Shown: positions 34,932-45,241 of the stretch, piece after piece | How positions within the stretch are numbered: the stretch's first letter is position 1 | Layout of the letters: each line of letters opens with the position of its first letter | NCBI RefSeq assembly: GCF_053078305.1 | Contig: NZ_CP166879.1 | Reading direction: 5' to 3' (one strand) | DNA length: 64,000 nt | Notes under the pieces: model-generated | Told to the model about the DNA's origin: nothing | Seen by the model: the letters and a program-made list of their open reading frames with translations, nothing else | Database searches by the model: none | Translations under genes and position numbers: made by a program

Positions 34932-35771
34932 TTAGCGCCCCCGAATACCATCAGCCAGACGTTTGCCGTTACGCACCGACAGCAGCGTCAGCAAAGTGCG
35001 CCAGGTCATACGTTTATTGCGGATCTGGTAGAGAGTAAACAGCTGATATTTTTTACTGGCACGGTCGAATTTGTCTTTGTGCTTGCGGTAAAAGTGGAAG
35101 TATCCGGAGAATTTTTTCGGTGACGAGGTGATCTGCATTTCGCCGTGATTGATATGCAGGATCTGCGTCGCCTCTTCCACTTTCCACGGTTCGCCATACT
35201 CCACCACCATCCGCAGGAAGATGTCGTAATCCTGTGCCGCTTTCAGTTCGGTATCGAACAAACATTCTTTGAAACGCCACGCCCAGGTAAAGACCTGATT
35301 GCCAATGATATTGCGTTTATAGAACAGGCGGCGTGAATACGGCGATTTGGGATACAGCGGCAAACTTGCTGGTTGGGAATAGACTTCGCCCTGGCAAACG
35401 TAGTCGTTAGCGTACAAAAAGGCGTGAGTGACCAGTTGCTGTTTATGGGCGAGGAAGACGCTCAGACGGTTGGGTGTCCATTCATCATCATCATCGATCC
35501 CGGTGATGTATTCCCCTTGCGCCAGCATAATCGCCTGGTTACGTACCGCGCACGCCCCGCTGTTAATGTCGTTGTGAATGTAGGTAATACGCGGATCGTT
35601 GAGGGCGGTGACGTACTGTTGCAGTTGTTCCCAGGAGGTGGAGCAATCATCCACGATGATCATCTCCCAGTTGCTGTAGTCCTGGCGCAGGACCGATTTT
35701 ATCGCCCGAATCGCCAGTTGTTGGCGGTTCCAGGTCGGCATATAGATTGAGATCAGCGGATTGTCTTTCAT
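34932..35771 (-). CDS. wcaA: colanic acid glycosyltransferase WcaA (GT2)
   Basis: 279 aa, MKDNPLISIYMPTWNRQQLAIRAIKSVLRQDY...IIVDDCST. Confidence 0.9.
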   Translation of the reverse strand: MKDNPLISIYMPTWNRQQLAIRAIKSVLRQDYSNWEMIIVDDCSTSWEQLQQYVTALNDPRITYIHNDINSGACAVRNQAIMLAQGEYITGIDDDDEWTPNRLSVFLAHKQQLVTHAFLYANDYVCQGEVYSQPASLPLYPKSPYSRRLFYKRNIIGNQVFTWAWRFKECLFDTELKAAQDYDIFLRMVVEYGEPWKVEEATQILHINHGEMQITSSPKKFSGYFHFYRKHKDKFDRASKKYQLFTLYQIRNKRMTWRTLLTLLSVRNGKRLADGIRGR

Positions 35772-35802
35772 AGGTTGTACTCCCGGCTTATGAGCTGGTT
35801 TG

Positions 35803-35863
35803 CTTGCCGGATGCGGCGTGAACGCCTTATCCGGCCTACGGGGCGGTGCGAATGCAGGCGTCG
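35803..35863. repeat. REP element in wzc-wcaA intergenic region
   Basis: gccggatgcggcgtgaacgccttatccggcctac palindromic unit. Confidence 0.8.
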
Positions 35864-38026
35864 TTATTTCGCATCCGACTTATATTCGTATTCGTAATAG
35901 CCATAATCCTGATACGCGCTGGCGCGGCGGAAGATGGAGTTCAGAATCACCCCTTTCACCGGAATACCATTTTGCTCAAAGCGGCTCAGACTGGTTTCCA
36001 CTTCTTTCAATGTGTTGACCGCATAACGCGCCACCATTAACGTGGTTCCGACATGACGACCAACAATTGCGGCATCGGTCACTGCCAGAATCGGCGGCGT
36101 ATCAATCAACACCAGGTCGTAGTTTTTACTCGCCCAGTTCACCAGTTCGGCAAAGCGTTCGCTCATCAACAATTCAGAAGGATTTGGCGGTACCTGACCG
36201 CGCGGGATCAGGTCAAATTTGGCAATCGAAGTGGGTTTAGCAGCGGTAGTAATATCGCCCTGACCAATCAGAATTTCCGACAGGCCATTGACGTTATTGG
36301 TGCCCAACAGCTCGTGGGTGTAGCCTTTGCGCATATCGCAGTCGATCAACAATACGCGTTTATTAGTCTGGCTAATGACCGCCGCCAGGTTAGCGCAGAC
36401 AAAGGTTTTACCGATTGACGGGCTAACCCCGGTCATCATCAACACATTGTTCTGCGCCTGCATCATCGCGAAGTGCAGACTGGTACGCAGACTGCGGATG
36501 GCTTCAATCGCCAGATCGGTTGGATTCCCCACCGCCAGTAGCTGGCTCTGTTTATAGCGTTTAACTCCTTTGATGGTTTTGACGCTATCGCGCGCTTTCT
36601 GCCATTCCGACAACGGGATGCTGGCATAGACGCTGATACCGTGTTCTTCCAGCACTTGCGGGCTTTCAATGCCGCGATTAAACAACGAGCGCAGCAGTAC
36701 ACCCACGATAGAGAGCATCAGGCCGAGGATAATCGCCCCAAGGATAATCAGCCCTTTCTTCGGTTTCAGTACACCTGGCTGGGTGATTGCCGGGTCAACA
36801 ATGCGCACATCGCCGACGGTGCTGGCCTCGGTGATTTTCAGCTCCTGCTCTTTATTCAGCAGTTGCATATAGACCTGCTGACCAGACTCGACATCGCGGG
36901 TCAGACGCACAATTTCCTGCTGGGTTTTCGGCATCGCCGTTACGCGACCATTAAGTTTGGCTTTTTCGTCTTCCAGCGCCTGCCGTTTCTCCAGCAGCGT
37001 GCGGTACGCCGGGTGAACTTTGGTGTACAGCTTGGAGATTTCCGCCTCTTTAAAGGTCAGTTCGTTCAACTGCGCGTCGATGTTCACCATCGAATCGAGC
37101 ACCGCTTTCGCTTCCAGCGGCAGATCAACAGAATCTTTATCCTGACGGAAGGCATTCAGTTTGTTTTCGGCAACATCAAGGCGGCTACGTACTTCCGGTA
37201 ACTGTTGCGCGAGGAAAGCGAGACTTTTCGACGCTTCCGCCGATTTGCGCTCAATATTTTGTTCCTGATAGTTACGGGCGATGCTGTTAAGAATGTCGCG
37301 GATCTGTTCGCGATCTTCACCGGTATAAGTCAGGCTCAGTACGCCTGCGTCTTTGCCGTTCTCCGTTACCGTCAGGCTGTTTTGCAGTTGATTGATCATC
37401 CCCAGCGTGGAGTATTTGGTGACGGTAAACTCACTGCCCGGGCTGGCGTGAATGGCTTCAACCATCAGTGTGACGCCTTCTTTTTTCAGCATCTGGCCCG
37501 CTTGCCCACGGGCGCTAAAGCCGCCATCACTGCTCAGGGTGTAGTTTTTGTCATCCAGCACATTAAGCGTAAACACCTGATCCGCCATCTCTTTCGGACG
37601 GTTAAAGGTAGTCACTTTCACCGTCTCGTTCTGGCGTCCCATCAGGCGATCCCAGCCCGCACCGAAAATCGGGAACGTGTTTTTGCTCACCGCAATATCG
37701 AGGTCGAGATCGTCCACCGTTTTACCAAGCACCAGGCGCGAACGAATCAACTGGATCTCGGCGTCCGATGCTGGCGGTTTGTTGGCTAACGCCGATCCGA
37801 TATCCTGCACTAACGAATTGCCGCTGCTTTGCTCGATTTGTACCAGTGCGTCGGCACTATAAATCGGCGTGGCGAAGAAGGTGTAAACCACGGCACAAAG
37901 GGCGAATACAGCGGTGATGCCAATCACCCACCAGCGCGCTTCAATGACGGTGCCGACCAGGCGACCAATATCGATTTCATCACTGCCCGTTACCGGAGCG
38001 GCATGTTGTTTTACTTTTTCTGTCAT
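35864..38026 (-). CDS. wzc: colanic acid tyrosine autokinase / polysaccharide co-polymerase
   Basis: ORF track extends to 38062; likely start is the Met at 38026 (MTEKVKQHAAPVTGSDEIDIGRLV...); Walker A/B kinase domain and C-terminal tyrosine-rich tail YQDYGYYEYEYKSD. Confidence 0.9.
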   Translation of the reverse strand: MTEKVKQHAAPVTGSDEIDIGRLVGTVIEARWWVIGITAVFALCAVVYTFFATPIYSADALVQIEQSSGNSLVQDIGSALANKPPASDAEIQLIRSRLVLGKTVDDLDLDIAVSKNTFPIFGAGWDRLMGRQNETVKVTTFNRPKEMADQVFTLNVLDDKNYTLSSDGGFSARGQAGQMLKKEGVTLMVEAIHASPGSEFTVTKYSTLGMINQLQNSLTVTENGKDAGVLSLTYTGEDREQIRDILNSIARNYQEQNIERKSAEASKSLAFLAQQLPEVRSRLDVAENKLNAFRQDKDSVDLPLEAKAVLDSMVNIDAQLNELTFKEAEISKLYTKVHPAYRTLLEKRQALEDEKAKLNGRVTAMPKTQQEIVRLTRDVESGQQVYMQLLNKEQELKITEASTVGDVRIVDPAITQPGVLKPKKGLIILGAIILGLMLSIVGVLLRSLFNRGIESPQVLEEHGISVYASIPLSEWQKARDSVKTIKGVKRYKQSQLLAVGNPTDLAIEAIRSLRTSLHFAMMQAQNNVLMMTGVSPSIGKTFVCANLAAVISQTNKRVLLIDCDMRKGYTHELLGTNNVNGLSEILIGQGDITTAAKPTSIAKFDLIPRGQVPPNPSELLMSERFAELVNWASKNYDLVLIDTPPILAVTDAAIVGRHVGTTLMVARYAVNTLKEVETSLSRFEQNGIPVKGVILNSIFRRASAYQDYGYYEYEYKSDAK

Positions 38027-38028
38027 TC

Positions 38029-38472
38029 TTATACCTGCTCTGCGTTCAATGCCTGCGCCCACTGGCGGGCAGACCGTTCAAGTAATGTGTACACCGCTGC
38101 AAACGTTTCCCGGCTTTTGCGATACGGATCGGGGATTTCACATTCGTTATCCCAGTGACCAAACAGCATCACTTTGCCGCGCATCTCGGGTGCCATCTCG
38201 CATAAGCGTTCGATATGGCGCTTTTCCATGGTCAAAATCAGGTCATAGTTGCGACACAGGCGGCGGCTGATTTGTCGTGCACAGTGGCCTTCCAGAGACA
38301 GTTGATGTTCTGCGGCGACGCTGATAGCGGTAGGATCAGCGCCCTTACCGACCAGCGCGCCGAGTCCAGCGGACTCCACTTTCAGTTCCGGGTGATAACG
38401 TTGCAGTAAGCGTTCCGCCGTCGGGGAACGGCAAATATTGCCGACACAGACAACTAATATGTTGTTAAACAT
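38029..38472 (-). CDS. wzb: low-molecular-weight protein-tyrosine phosphatase
   Basis: 147 aa, MFNNILVVCVGNICRSPTAERLL... with CX5R P-loop. Confidence 0.9.
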   Translation of the reverse strand: MFNNILVVCVGNICRSPTAERLLQRYHPELKVESAGLGALVGKGADPTAISVAAEHQLSLEGHCARQISRRLCRNYDLILTMEKRHIERLCEMAPEMRGKVMLFGHWDNECEIPDPYRKSRETFAAVYTLLERSARQWAQALNAEQV

Positions 38473-38477
38473 GACGA

Positions 38478-39617
38478 TTACCAGTTATGAATGTCGCTGG
38501 CTGTATCCGTCATGTAACGGACACCGCTAATAGTTGGCAGCAACTGATTGATCAGACGGTTCCAGCGGGAAACCGGGGCGGTGGTGACATACACCACGTC
38601 ATAAGGTTGCAGGCGGAATTCTGTCGCCATCACCAGCGACGTGGCATCGGACATATCCAGCTGGTAGATATTGGCAATCTTGCCGTTACGCCCGCCCTCG
38701 CCTTTCAGCGGACGAATGACAAAGATGCCGCTGGCGTTGGAGGTGGTCATGTCGATGCCTTCAGCATTGCCCAGGGCTTCAGTCAGGGTCATGCCGCTAA
38801 AGTCCATTTTCAGGGTGCTCTGTTTCTTCACTTCACCCATCACAAATACTTTCAGATCATCATTACGTGGCACGTAGAGAATATCGCCGGGGTAAAGCAG
38901 GCGATTCTGGTTGAGGTCGCCGTTTTGCATCAGCGCCTGCAAAGAAATGCGCTCTTCACGACCATTGTGTGTTAGCACCACGTTGCGCCAGTCAGCGGTG
39001 TCGGTCAGGCCACCTGCGGCGTTGATGGCATCGAGAATGGTCAGTGGTACGTTGGTAATCGCCTGTTGACCGGATTTATTCACCTGGCCGGAGATATAGG
39101 CTTTTTGCGAGCGGAAGGCGGCGATATTAACGTCCACCTGCGGGTCAGCGATGTACGTCGCTAAGCGCCCGGTAATATCACTGCGGATTTCAGCGAGCGT
39201 TTTCCCCACGACGTGAACCTTGCCGATATACGGGTAGAACATGGTGCCGTCAGGCTGTACCCAGTTGCCGGTGTCGCTGGAACTGCGGTACTGACCAGCT
39301 GGCGTGGTGAGTTCCGGGTGATCCCAGACGGTGACATTAAGAACGTCGCCCGGCCCGACGCGATACTGGTAATTCGCGATCTCGCTTTCCAGCGTCATAT
39401 TGGGGCGCGCTACATTCGGGCGTGGGCGTAATTGGTCAATCAGGCGCGGGGTCAGCGGATACACATTCACCATTTTGTCGAGATCGAAATCAGCGTCCTG
39501 CTGTTTGATGACGTCTTTGCCCATCGTCGACATATTGCTGCCCGGAAGTACTGTGCAACCGCTTATCAAGGTTACTGACACCAATAATGGCATCAATTTC
39601 ATTTTGGATTTCATCAT
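38478..39617 (-). CDS. wza: outer membrane polysaccharide export lipoprotein
   Basis: 379 aa, signal peptide with lipobox [31 protein letters not shown]... Confidence 0.9.
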   Translation of the reverse strand: MMKSKMKLMPLLVSVTLISGCTVLPGSNMSTMGKDVIKQQDADFDLDKMVNVYPLTPRLIDQLRPRPNVARPNMTLESEIANYQYRVGPGDVLNVTVWDHPELTTPAGQYRSSSDTGNWVQPDGTMFYPYIGKVHVVGKTLAEIRSDITGRLATYIADPQVDVNIAAFRSQKAYISGQVNKSGQQAITNVPLTILDAINAAGGLTDTADWRNVVLTHNGREERISLQALMQNGDLNQNRLLYPGDILYVPRNDDLKVFVMGEVKKQSTLKMDFSGMTLTEALGNAEGIDMTTSNASGIFVIRPLKGEGGRNGKIANIYQLDMSDATSLVMATEFRLQPYDVVYVTTAPVSRWNRLINQLLPTISGVRYMTDTASDIHNW

Positions 39618-39779
39618 TGTTTATTTATCACTTTGGCAGAGTAATTATCCTGTGCACTATTAATAGCAATGTCGCCATGCACATTTACCTTGCAGTTAAT
39701 TGAATAAAAATTTAACTGGCATCAGTCCTAAAAAAATTGATTTCATCCGCAGGCTATTGACAGAATAATTCAGACTGGC

Positions 39780-39830
39780 TTTCAGGCATCCAGACACGCT
39801 ACCGCCCCTGGCTTTTTAGCTACCAATACA
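39780..39830 (-). promoter_or_regulatory. JUMPStart element with ops site in the wza 5' leader
   Basis: Plus strand cagacacgctaccgcccctggc; reverse complement carries ops GGCGGTAGCGT (39795..39806), about 180 nt upstream of the wza start. Confidence 0.8.
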
Positions 39831-40274
39831 CTGATTTAGCTTAATTTTTAAAACCCTCTCAACATACAGTCGTTGATGAGAAAGGGTTATTGCGGAAATT
39901 AACTTCCGAATATAAGGTGACATTATGGTAATTGAATATTGGCTCTCCAATAATGCAGGAGGAAGTGTTACAGCTAACGGAATAGCAGGCAAGGTAACAA
40001 TTCGGCAATTGGCTATTTTTAAGAATTATATTAAGTGTCATTCAATATGGTTTTTAGGAGTTTCTTTAGGTTGACAATATTTAATATTGCGTCTCCACAT
40101 GCGATATTTCTTAAATAATGTTTTATTATTACCACTTTTAATTCAGGGATAATGTGAGGTTATTACCCTCAAATAATATGAGATAAATAGTGCTGCAACA
40201 TTGCATTTTTGCCCCGATTTATCCATGATCGAATTGTGACATTTGTCATACAACGAATAGGTTTTGTACTTACT

Positions 40275-40901
40275 ATGGAATGGATTGCCGATCCGTCTAT
40301 CTGGGCCGGGTTAATCACGCTGATTGTGATCGAACTGGTCCTCGGCATTGATAATCTGGTCTTTATTGCCATCCTCGCCGAAAAACTACCGCCGAAGCAG
40401 CGCGACCGCGCACGGGTTACCGGGCTGTTGCTGGCGATGTTAATGCGCCTGTTACTGCTGGCGTCAATCTCCTGGCTGGTCACCCTGACTCAACCGCTGT
40501 TCAGCTTCCGCTCGTTTACCTTTAGCGCCCGCGACTTAATCATGCTGTTTGGTGGTTTCTTCTTGTTGTTCAAAGCCACGATGGAGCTGAACGAACGGCT
40601 GGAAGGGAAAGACAGCAATAACCCCACGCAACGCAAAGGTGCGAAGTTCTGGGGGGTGGTGACACAAATTGTGGTACTGGACGCCATCTTCTCACTCGAC
40701 TCGGTGATTACAGCCGTCGGGATGGTCGACCATTTACTGGTCATGATGGCCGCCGTGGTTATCGCTATCAGCCTGATGTTGATGGCCAGCAAGCCGTTAA
40801 CGCAATTTGTTAACAGTCACCCGACCATCGTTATTCTCTGCTTAAGCTTCCTGTTGATGATTGGCTTTAGCCTGGTGGCAGAAGGTTTCGGCTTCGTGTA
40901 A
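40275..40901 (+). pseudogene. yegH: TerC-family membrane protein YegH, truncated after codon 208 by prophage insertion
   Basis: Starts [30 protein letters not shown]... as in YegH (about 527 aa in K-12) but ends ...[10 protein letters not shown] followed at once by a stop and prophage sequence; the C-terminal two thirds are absent from the window. Confidence 0.8.
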
Positions 40902-40909
40902 CCAGGTGA

Positions 40910-41070
40910 ATCATTTGATACCAACGAGGGTTTTAGTGAAAGGAGGTGAAATCACCTGTAAGATACTGAAATAAAACAGGTGATACCAATGCGAGCGCGG
41001 AAAGTCTATTTGATACCGATTGTGCAATAATTAGTCGTTTATTCTAAAATCGGCAACACTTTTGATACTA
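40910..41070. repeat. prophage left-end (attL-like) repeats, putative transposase binding sites
   Basis: Four copies of TTGATAC(C/T) at about 40915, 40981, 41011, 41063, plus perfect palindrome aggtgaaatcacct at 40944..40957. Confidence 0.55.
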
Positions 41071-41168
41071 CGGATTGACGCTTAAAATGGTTTTAAAAAG
41101 GCTTAAAACGCTTTTCTCCAGATTGTCTTTAAAGGAGTGTACCACAGCACAAAATTTGCACCACTCCC

Positions 41169-41729
41169 TTACGCACTAGCCTTTTTCTGGGTTACATTTA
41201 AATGATTAACCTTAGCTTCACATTCTTCATAAATCTCTCTTGCTTCAGAATCTGACATATCCTTTAACCTTAAAGCAAGCTCTCGGCGAAAACCGCTAAG
41301 TGCATGTAATTCCTGAATATTATCATCCAATAAGATCGTTAGAAAATCAGCCCCCTTTCTGCCAAGCAATCGGGCTAATTCTAGTTGCTCATCGGTGCTG
41401 AGAGAGGACAGAATTGCCGTAATTGTTTGATTTGCATTATCTAAATTACCTGCATCGACAGTTGAACAACATGGAGTGCTTGGGGTATTTTCATCAGAAC
41501 CAAAAGCTAACCAATTTAAACTCACGTGCTCTTTATTTGATATAAGGCAAGCCATTTTAAAAGAGGGTTCTGTGCCTTTGTGTATGTAGTTATTTAAGGT
41601 TGATACAGGAACCCCCCAATCCTTTGCTGCTGCCCTTACACTCCGCGTCCCGATCAGGCTTAGTAAGCGGGCTTTAAAACTTTCTTTTCCTGGTGCATCA
41701 AAAGAAAAATTTCCATTCTCTTCAATCAT
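41169..41729 (-). CDS. Mu-type repressor (c-like)
   Basis: 186 aa, leftward-transcribed first gene at the phage left end, divergent from ner; N-terminal winged-HTH-like region; sequence only distantly like Mu c. Confidence 0.6.
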   Translation of the reverse strand: MIEENGNFSFDAPGKESFKARLLSLIGTRSVRAAAKDWGVPVSTLNNYIHKGTEPSFKMACLISNKEHVSLNWLAFGSDENTPSTPCCSTVDAGNLDNANQTITAILSSLSTDEQLELARLLGRKGADFLTILLDDNIQELHALSGFRRELALRLKDMSDSEAREIYEECEAKVNHLNVTQKKASA

Positions 41730-41849
41730 TTTTTCTTTTCCTCATAACATATTGAAATAAAAAGAGATAACCAAATAAAACCCACTTCAGCCCACGGAGA
41801 CAAAAGAAAAAGCTATTTTTGCTTTACATGGACTACATTTGGATCAATA

Positions 41850-41900
41850 CTTGTATCAAACTTGATAACAAAATTTAGTTATCAAATTTCGTAACTTTTT
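41850..41900. promoter_or_regulatory. operator-like inverted repeats between repressor and ner (early promoter / possible transposition enhancer)
   Basis: Palindrome tatcaaacttgata (41854..41867) and agtta...taact (41876..41895) with repeated TGATA cores. Confidence 0.5.
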
Positions 41901-41914
41901 AGGATAGATGAATC

Positions 41915-42145
41915 ATGGCGAGAAATGAAGTTAAGCCTGATTGGCATCCTCAAAGAATCTTGGGGGAAGTCAGAGCCAGAGAAGGAAGTATGAGGGCGCT
42001 GGCCCGTAAAGCTGGCGTAGGTCAGAACAACCTGTACAACGCGGTATACCGTCATGTTCCCAAGTATGAGGGGATTATTGCGGAATGCCTAGGTGTGCCA
42101 CCCGAGGAGATTTGGCCCAGCCGCTACATTCGTAAGGTCGCGTAA
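41915..42145 (+). CDS. ner: Ner-like DNA-binding regulator
   Basis: 76 aa, ...DWHPQRILGEV...GQNNLYNAVYRHVPKYEGIIAECLGVPPEEIWPSRY, resembles Mu Ner (…EVIWPSRY). Confidence 0.8.
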   Translation: MARNEVKPDWHPQRILGEVRAREGSMRALARKAGVGQNNLYNAVYRHVPKYEGIIAECLGVPPEEIWPSRYIRKVA

Positions 42146-42147
42146 TT

Positions 42148-44235
42148 ATGTTTGCTTCAGTTAAAGAGCTGGTTGGATTACCGGGAATGCCGGGAACGGA
42201 GCAAGGCGTCCGCTATTCAATCAGGAAGTATGCAACCAGCGAAACCAGCAGACGCCGCCAGGAAGGCAGTAAAGGTTTTGAATACAGCATCGACTGTTTA
42301 CCTGAAGTGACGCAGCAGGCATTGCGTGAGCGCTACGCCCTGCAACTGATGACGCAAAAAGTCGATGAATCACCGGCTCCGGTGGTGACAAAGGCCAGAC
42401 GCTCGCCTGCCGTGGTTGATGCGGTGGAGGCATATCGCGGATCACCACAACTGATGGTTGAACGCCTTAATGCCCTGACTGAAAACCAGCGCCAGGTGGC
42501 TGATGCACGAATCGCGATCGTCAGCGAAGTGATGAAAGTCGCGCAACACCCCGGTTTCAGCTGTGCGAAAGCTATCCGGTTTATCGTTGACAACCTGGCA
42601 CGTTCGCAACTGGACGAGCGCATTGTGGCAATGGTTGAGACGGCGAACGCCAAAAAGGGAAACAGCCGTGCGTTGAGTGAAATAACGCTGAAACGCTGGA
42701 TTGCGGCCTTTAACAAGGCGCAGAACGCCGCTGAACGCCTGCTTTTACTGGCACCGGGTAAGCGCCAGGAAATAAAAGCCGAAGATATTAACTGGCTGCC
42801 CGAATTTCTGGCGCAGTATCGCCAGTCAAACGGCCGACCAATGACCGAGGCTTACGAGGATTTTGTCGCTGAATGGCAGCACCGGCACGCTGATGAGCCT
42901 TATATGCTCGATATCATGCCGTCTTATGACACCATTCGCCGCGCAATGAAGAAACTGCCGGAAGTGGTGAAACAAAAAGGCCGGGTGACCGGCAGTGAAT
43001 ACCGCCAGCTTGAGGGATTCACGCGCCGCGACTGGTCCAGAATGCCGGTGAATTATGTCTGGATTGGTGACGGTCACGGCATGAAGCTGAAATGCGCACA
43101 CCCGGTTCACGGTCGGCCATTTGCACCGGAAGTGACCTTTGTTATCGACGGTGGCACGCGCTTTGTGGTGGGCTGGAGCCTTGACCTGGCTGAAAATGTT
43201 TTCGCCGTAGCCGGTGCCATACAGCACGGCATTCGCCATCACGGCAAACCGTTTCTGTATTACTCGGATAACGGCTCCGGGGAAACCGCCGACATCCTGG
43301 ATAAGGAGGTTGTGGGGATACTGCCGCGACTGGGGATTAATCACCCGACCGGGATTGCCGGTAATCCGCAGGGACGAGGCATTATCGAACGGCTTAACCG
43401 CACATTACCGATGCGCATAGCCCGTAAATACCGCACCTATTTCGGGAAAGGTGCAGATCGCGAGACGTTACGCAAAACCAACCGCGATTTACGCTCGGCA
43501 TTTACTGCCCTGCAACAGGGCAAACGGCTGAACGTCCGGCAGCAGTCAGCGATGCGTGATTTACCGTCCTGGTCTGAACTGATTGATGCCATTCGTGACG
43601 GTGTTGAGTGGTACAACAACCGGCCGCACGATGAATTACCGGTGAAGCCGAACGGCAAGCATTACAGCCCGGCGGAGTTCAGAAAAAAACGCCTGGCGGA
43701 AGAGGACACGGAAATTGAATGGCTGTCCGATGTTGAGCTGCGGGATATGTTCCGGCCGATGGTGGAACGCCCTGTAAGACGCTGTGAAATACGCTGGCTG
43801 AATAATATTTACTACGCGCCCGAGCTGCGTGACGAGCATGGTCGTAAGGTGCTTATCAGCTATGACATTCATGATGCCGAACGAATTACCGTACGTCGCC
43901 TGGATGGCAGCGTGATTTGCGAGGCGGTATGGGACGGTAATAAACGCGAAGCCTTCCCGGTTAGTGCGGAATACTACAAACAGCAGCAACGCCTTAAAGG
44001 CATGCGTAAACGCGCAGAGGAAAAAATCCGTGATGCCGAGGATGAGGTTGTCAACGTGCTGGAGCACAAGCCGCAGGAGCCCTGGCTGGAAAACATCTAT
44101 CGCCCGGTAGGTAATACGGTGGCCGTTCAGCAACCGGTCGCTGACGATGAACCTGATGAAGAATACGAGCGTAATTTCCAGCGGGGATTGCAGTTGCTGG
44201 AAGCGAAATTAAAAGAAAATGACCCGCTGGCCTGA
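42148..44235 (+). CDS. Mu-type DDE transposase (MuA-like)
   Basis: 695 aa, directly downstream of ner; central region with DDE integrase-fold hallmarks (WIGDGH..., YYSDNGSGETAD...); position and size as MuA. Confidence 0.8.
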   Translation: MFASVKELVGLPGMPGTEQGVRYSIRKYATSETSRRRQEGSKGFEYSIDCLPEVTQQALRERYALQLMTQKVDESPAPVVTKARRSPAVVDAVEAYRGSPQLMVERLNALTENQRQVADARIAIVSEVMKVAQHPGFSCAKAIRFIVDNLARSQLDERIVAMVETANAKKGNSRALSEITLKRWIAAFNKAQNAAERLLLLAPGKRQEIKAEDINWLPEFLAQYRQSNGRPMTEAYEDFVAEWQHRHADEPYMLDIMPSYDTIRRAMKKLPEVVKQKGRVTGSEYRQLEGFTRRDWSRMPVNYVWIGDGHGMKLKCAHPVHGRPFAPEVTFVIDGGTRFVVGWSLDLAENVFAVAGAIQHGIRHHGKPFLYYSDNGSGETADILDKEVVGILPRLGINHPTGIAGNPQGRGIIERLNRTLPMRIARKYRTYFGKGADRETLRKTNRDLRSAFTALQQGKRLNVRQQSAMRDLPSWSELIDAIRDGVEWYNNRPHDELPVKPNGKHYSPAEFRKKRLAEEDTEIEWLSDVELRDMFRPMVERPVRRCEIRWLNNIYYAPELRDEHGRKVLISYDIHDAERITVRRLDGSVICEAVWDGNKREAFPVSAEYYKQQQRLKGMRKRAEEKIRDAEDEVVNVLEHKPQEPWLENIYRPVGNTVAVQQPVADDEPDEEYERNFQRGLQLLEAKLKENDPLA

Positions 44236-44306
44236 AATAAAAAAATAACCCGAGCGGCGACTCAGGTTATTTGATTAAACAAGGTATCAAATGAGAGGTT
44301 AATAAT

Positions 44307-45239
44307 ATGACTGATATTAACGATGTAATCAAGACCATTGATGAACTTATTGATGGCGGCGTACTGACGCAGTATGCCATCGCCAGAGAGGCGGGAATTT
44401 CCGACGGCACATTATCGGCTTTCCGTAAGGGAAAATATAAAGGCGATAACGCTGCTGTGGCTGCTTCCCTGCGTTCCTGGTATGAGAACTGGAATAAACA
44501 AAGCGCACTGCCGGAACCGCCGCAGTTTGTGGAAACGCAGACAGTCCAGGAGCTGCGCGCACTGTTTCAGGCGGTTCGTCTGATGGGCTGTATTAACGTT
44601 ATTGTGGGCGTACCGGGTGTGGGTAAAACGGCCACTGCCCGTAATTACTGCCAGGAGCAACCAAACACCTGGATGATCACCCTGTCACCCGCGCACTCCA
44701 GCGTCACGGAGTGTCTGCTGGAGCTGGCCGATGCGCTGGGGATTGATTACACCCGCGCGAACAAAGGGGCATTATCCCGCGCCATCCGCCGTCGCCTGAT
44801 GGGAACGCGTGGACTGGTGATTGTGGATGAGGCGGATCATCTTGGTATTGACGGTCTGGAGCAACTCCGGGCAATTCAGGACGCCACGGGGATCGGGATG
44901 GTGCTTATTGGTAACCCGCGCGGATTGTTTAAAGGTGGACGCCGCGCCTTTGATGATTTATCGCGCCTGTTCAGCCGTCTTGCCCGTACAAAACAACTTC
45001 GCAAGGCCAAAAAGGCGGATGTGCTGGCCATTGCCAGGGCATGGGGTATCAGTGGTGAGGCCGAGCTGGCCGTCATGCAGGCTATCGCTGAAAAGCCCGG
45101 TGCGTTACGTGTTCTGACACATACGCTTAACCAGGCGTGGCTCACAGCCAGCGGTGAAGGCGCGGCGCTGACAGAAAAACATATTAATGCGGCCTTTAAA
45201 GAGGTTTATACCAACCCTGAATTACTCTCACAGGTGTGA
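44307..45239 (+). CDS. transposition ATPase (MuB-like, AAA+)
   Basis: 310 aa, Walker A GVPGVGKT and Walker B LVIVDEADHL; N-terminal HTH. Confidence 0.8.
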   Translation: MTDINDVIKTIDELIDGGVLTQYAIAREAGISDGTLSAFRKGKYKGDNAAVAASLRSWYENWNKQSALPEPPQFVETQTVQELRALFQAVRLMGCINVIVGVPGVGKTATARNYCQEQPNTWMITLSPAHSSVTECLLELADALGIDYTRANKGALSRAIRRRLMGTRGLVIVDEADHLGIDGLEQLRAIQDATGIGMVLIGNPRGLFKGGRRAFDDLSRLFSRLARTKQLRKAKKADVLAIARAWGISGEAELAVMQAIAEKPGALRVLTHTLNQAWLTASGEGAALTEKHINAAFKEVYTNPELLSQV

Positions 45240-45241
45240 TT

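Noticed and set aside
35864..38062. ORF-track N-terminal extension of wzc by 12 codons
   Set aside because: The recognisable Wzc N-terminus (MTEKVKQ...) begins at 38026; the extension overlaps the wzb stop region.
39859..40041. 60 aa minus-strand ORF in the wza-yegH intergenic region
   Set aside because: AT-rich promoter region with low-complexity translation; no support for coding.
40071..40100. Plus-strand ttgaca hexamer as a defined yegH promoter
   Set aside because: No convincing -10 element at the correct spacing could be identified by eye, so it is not annotated.
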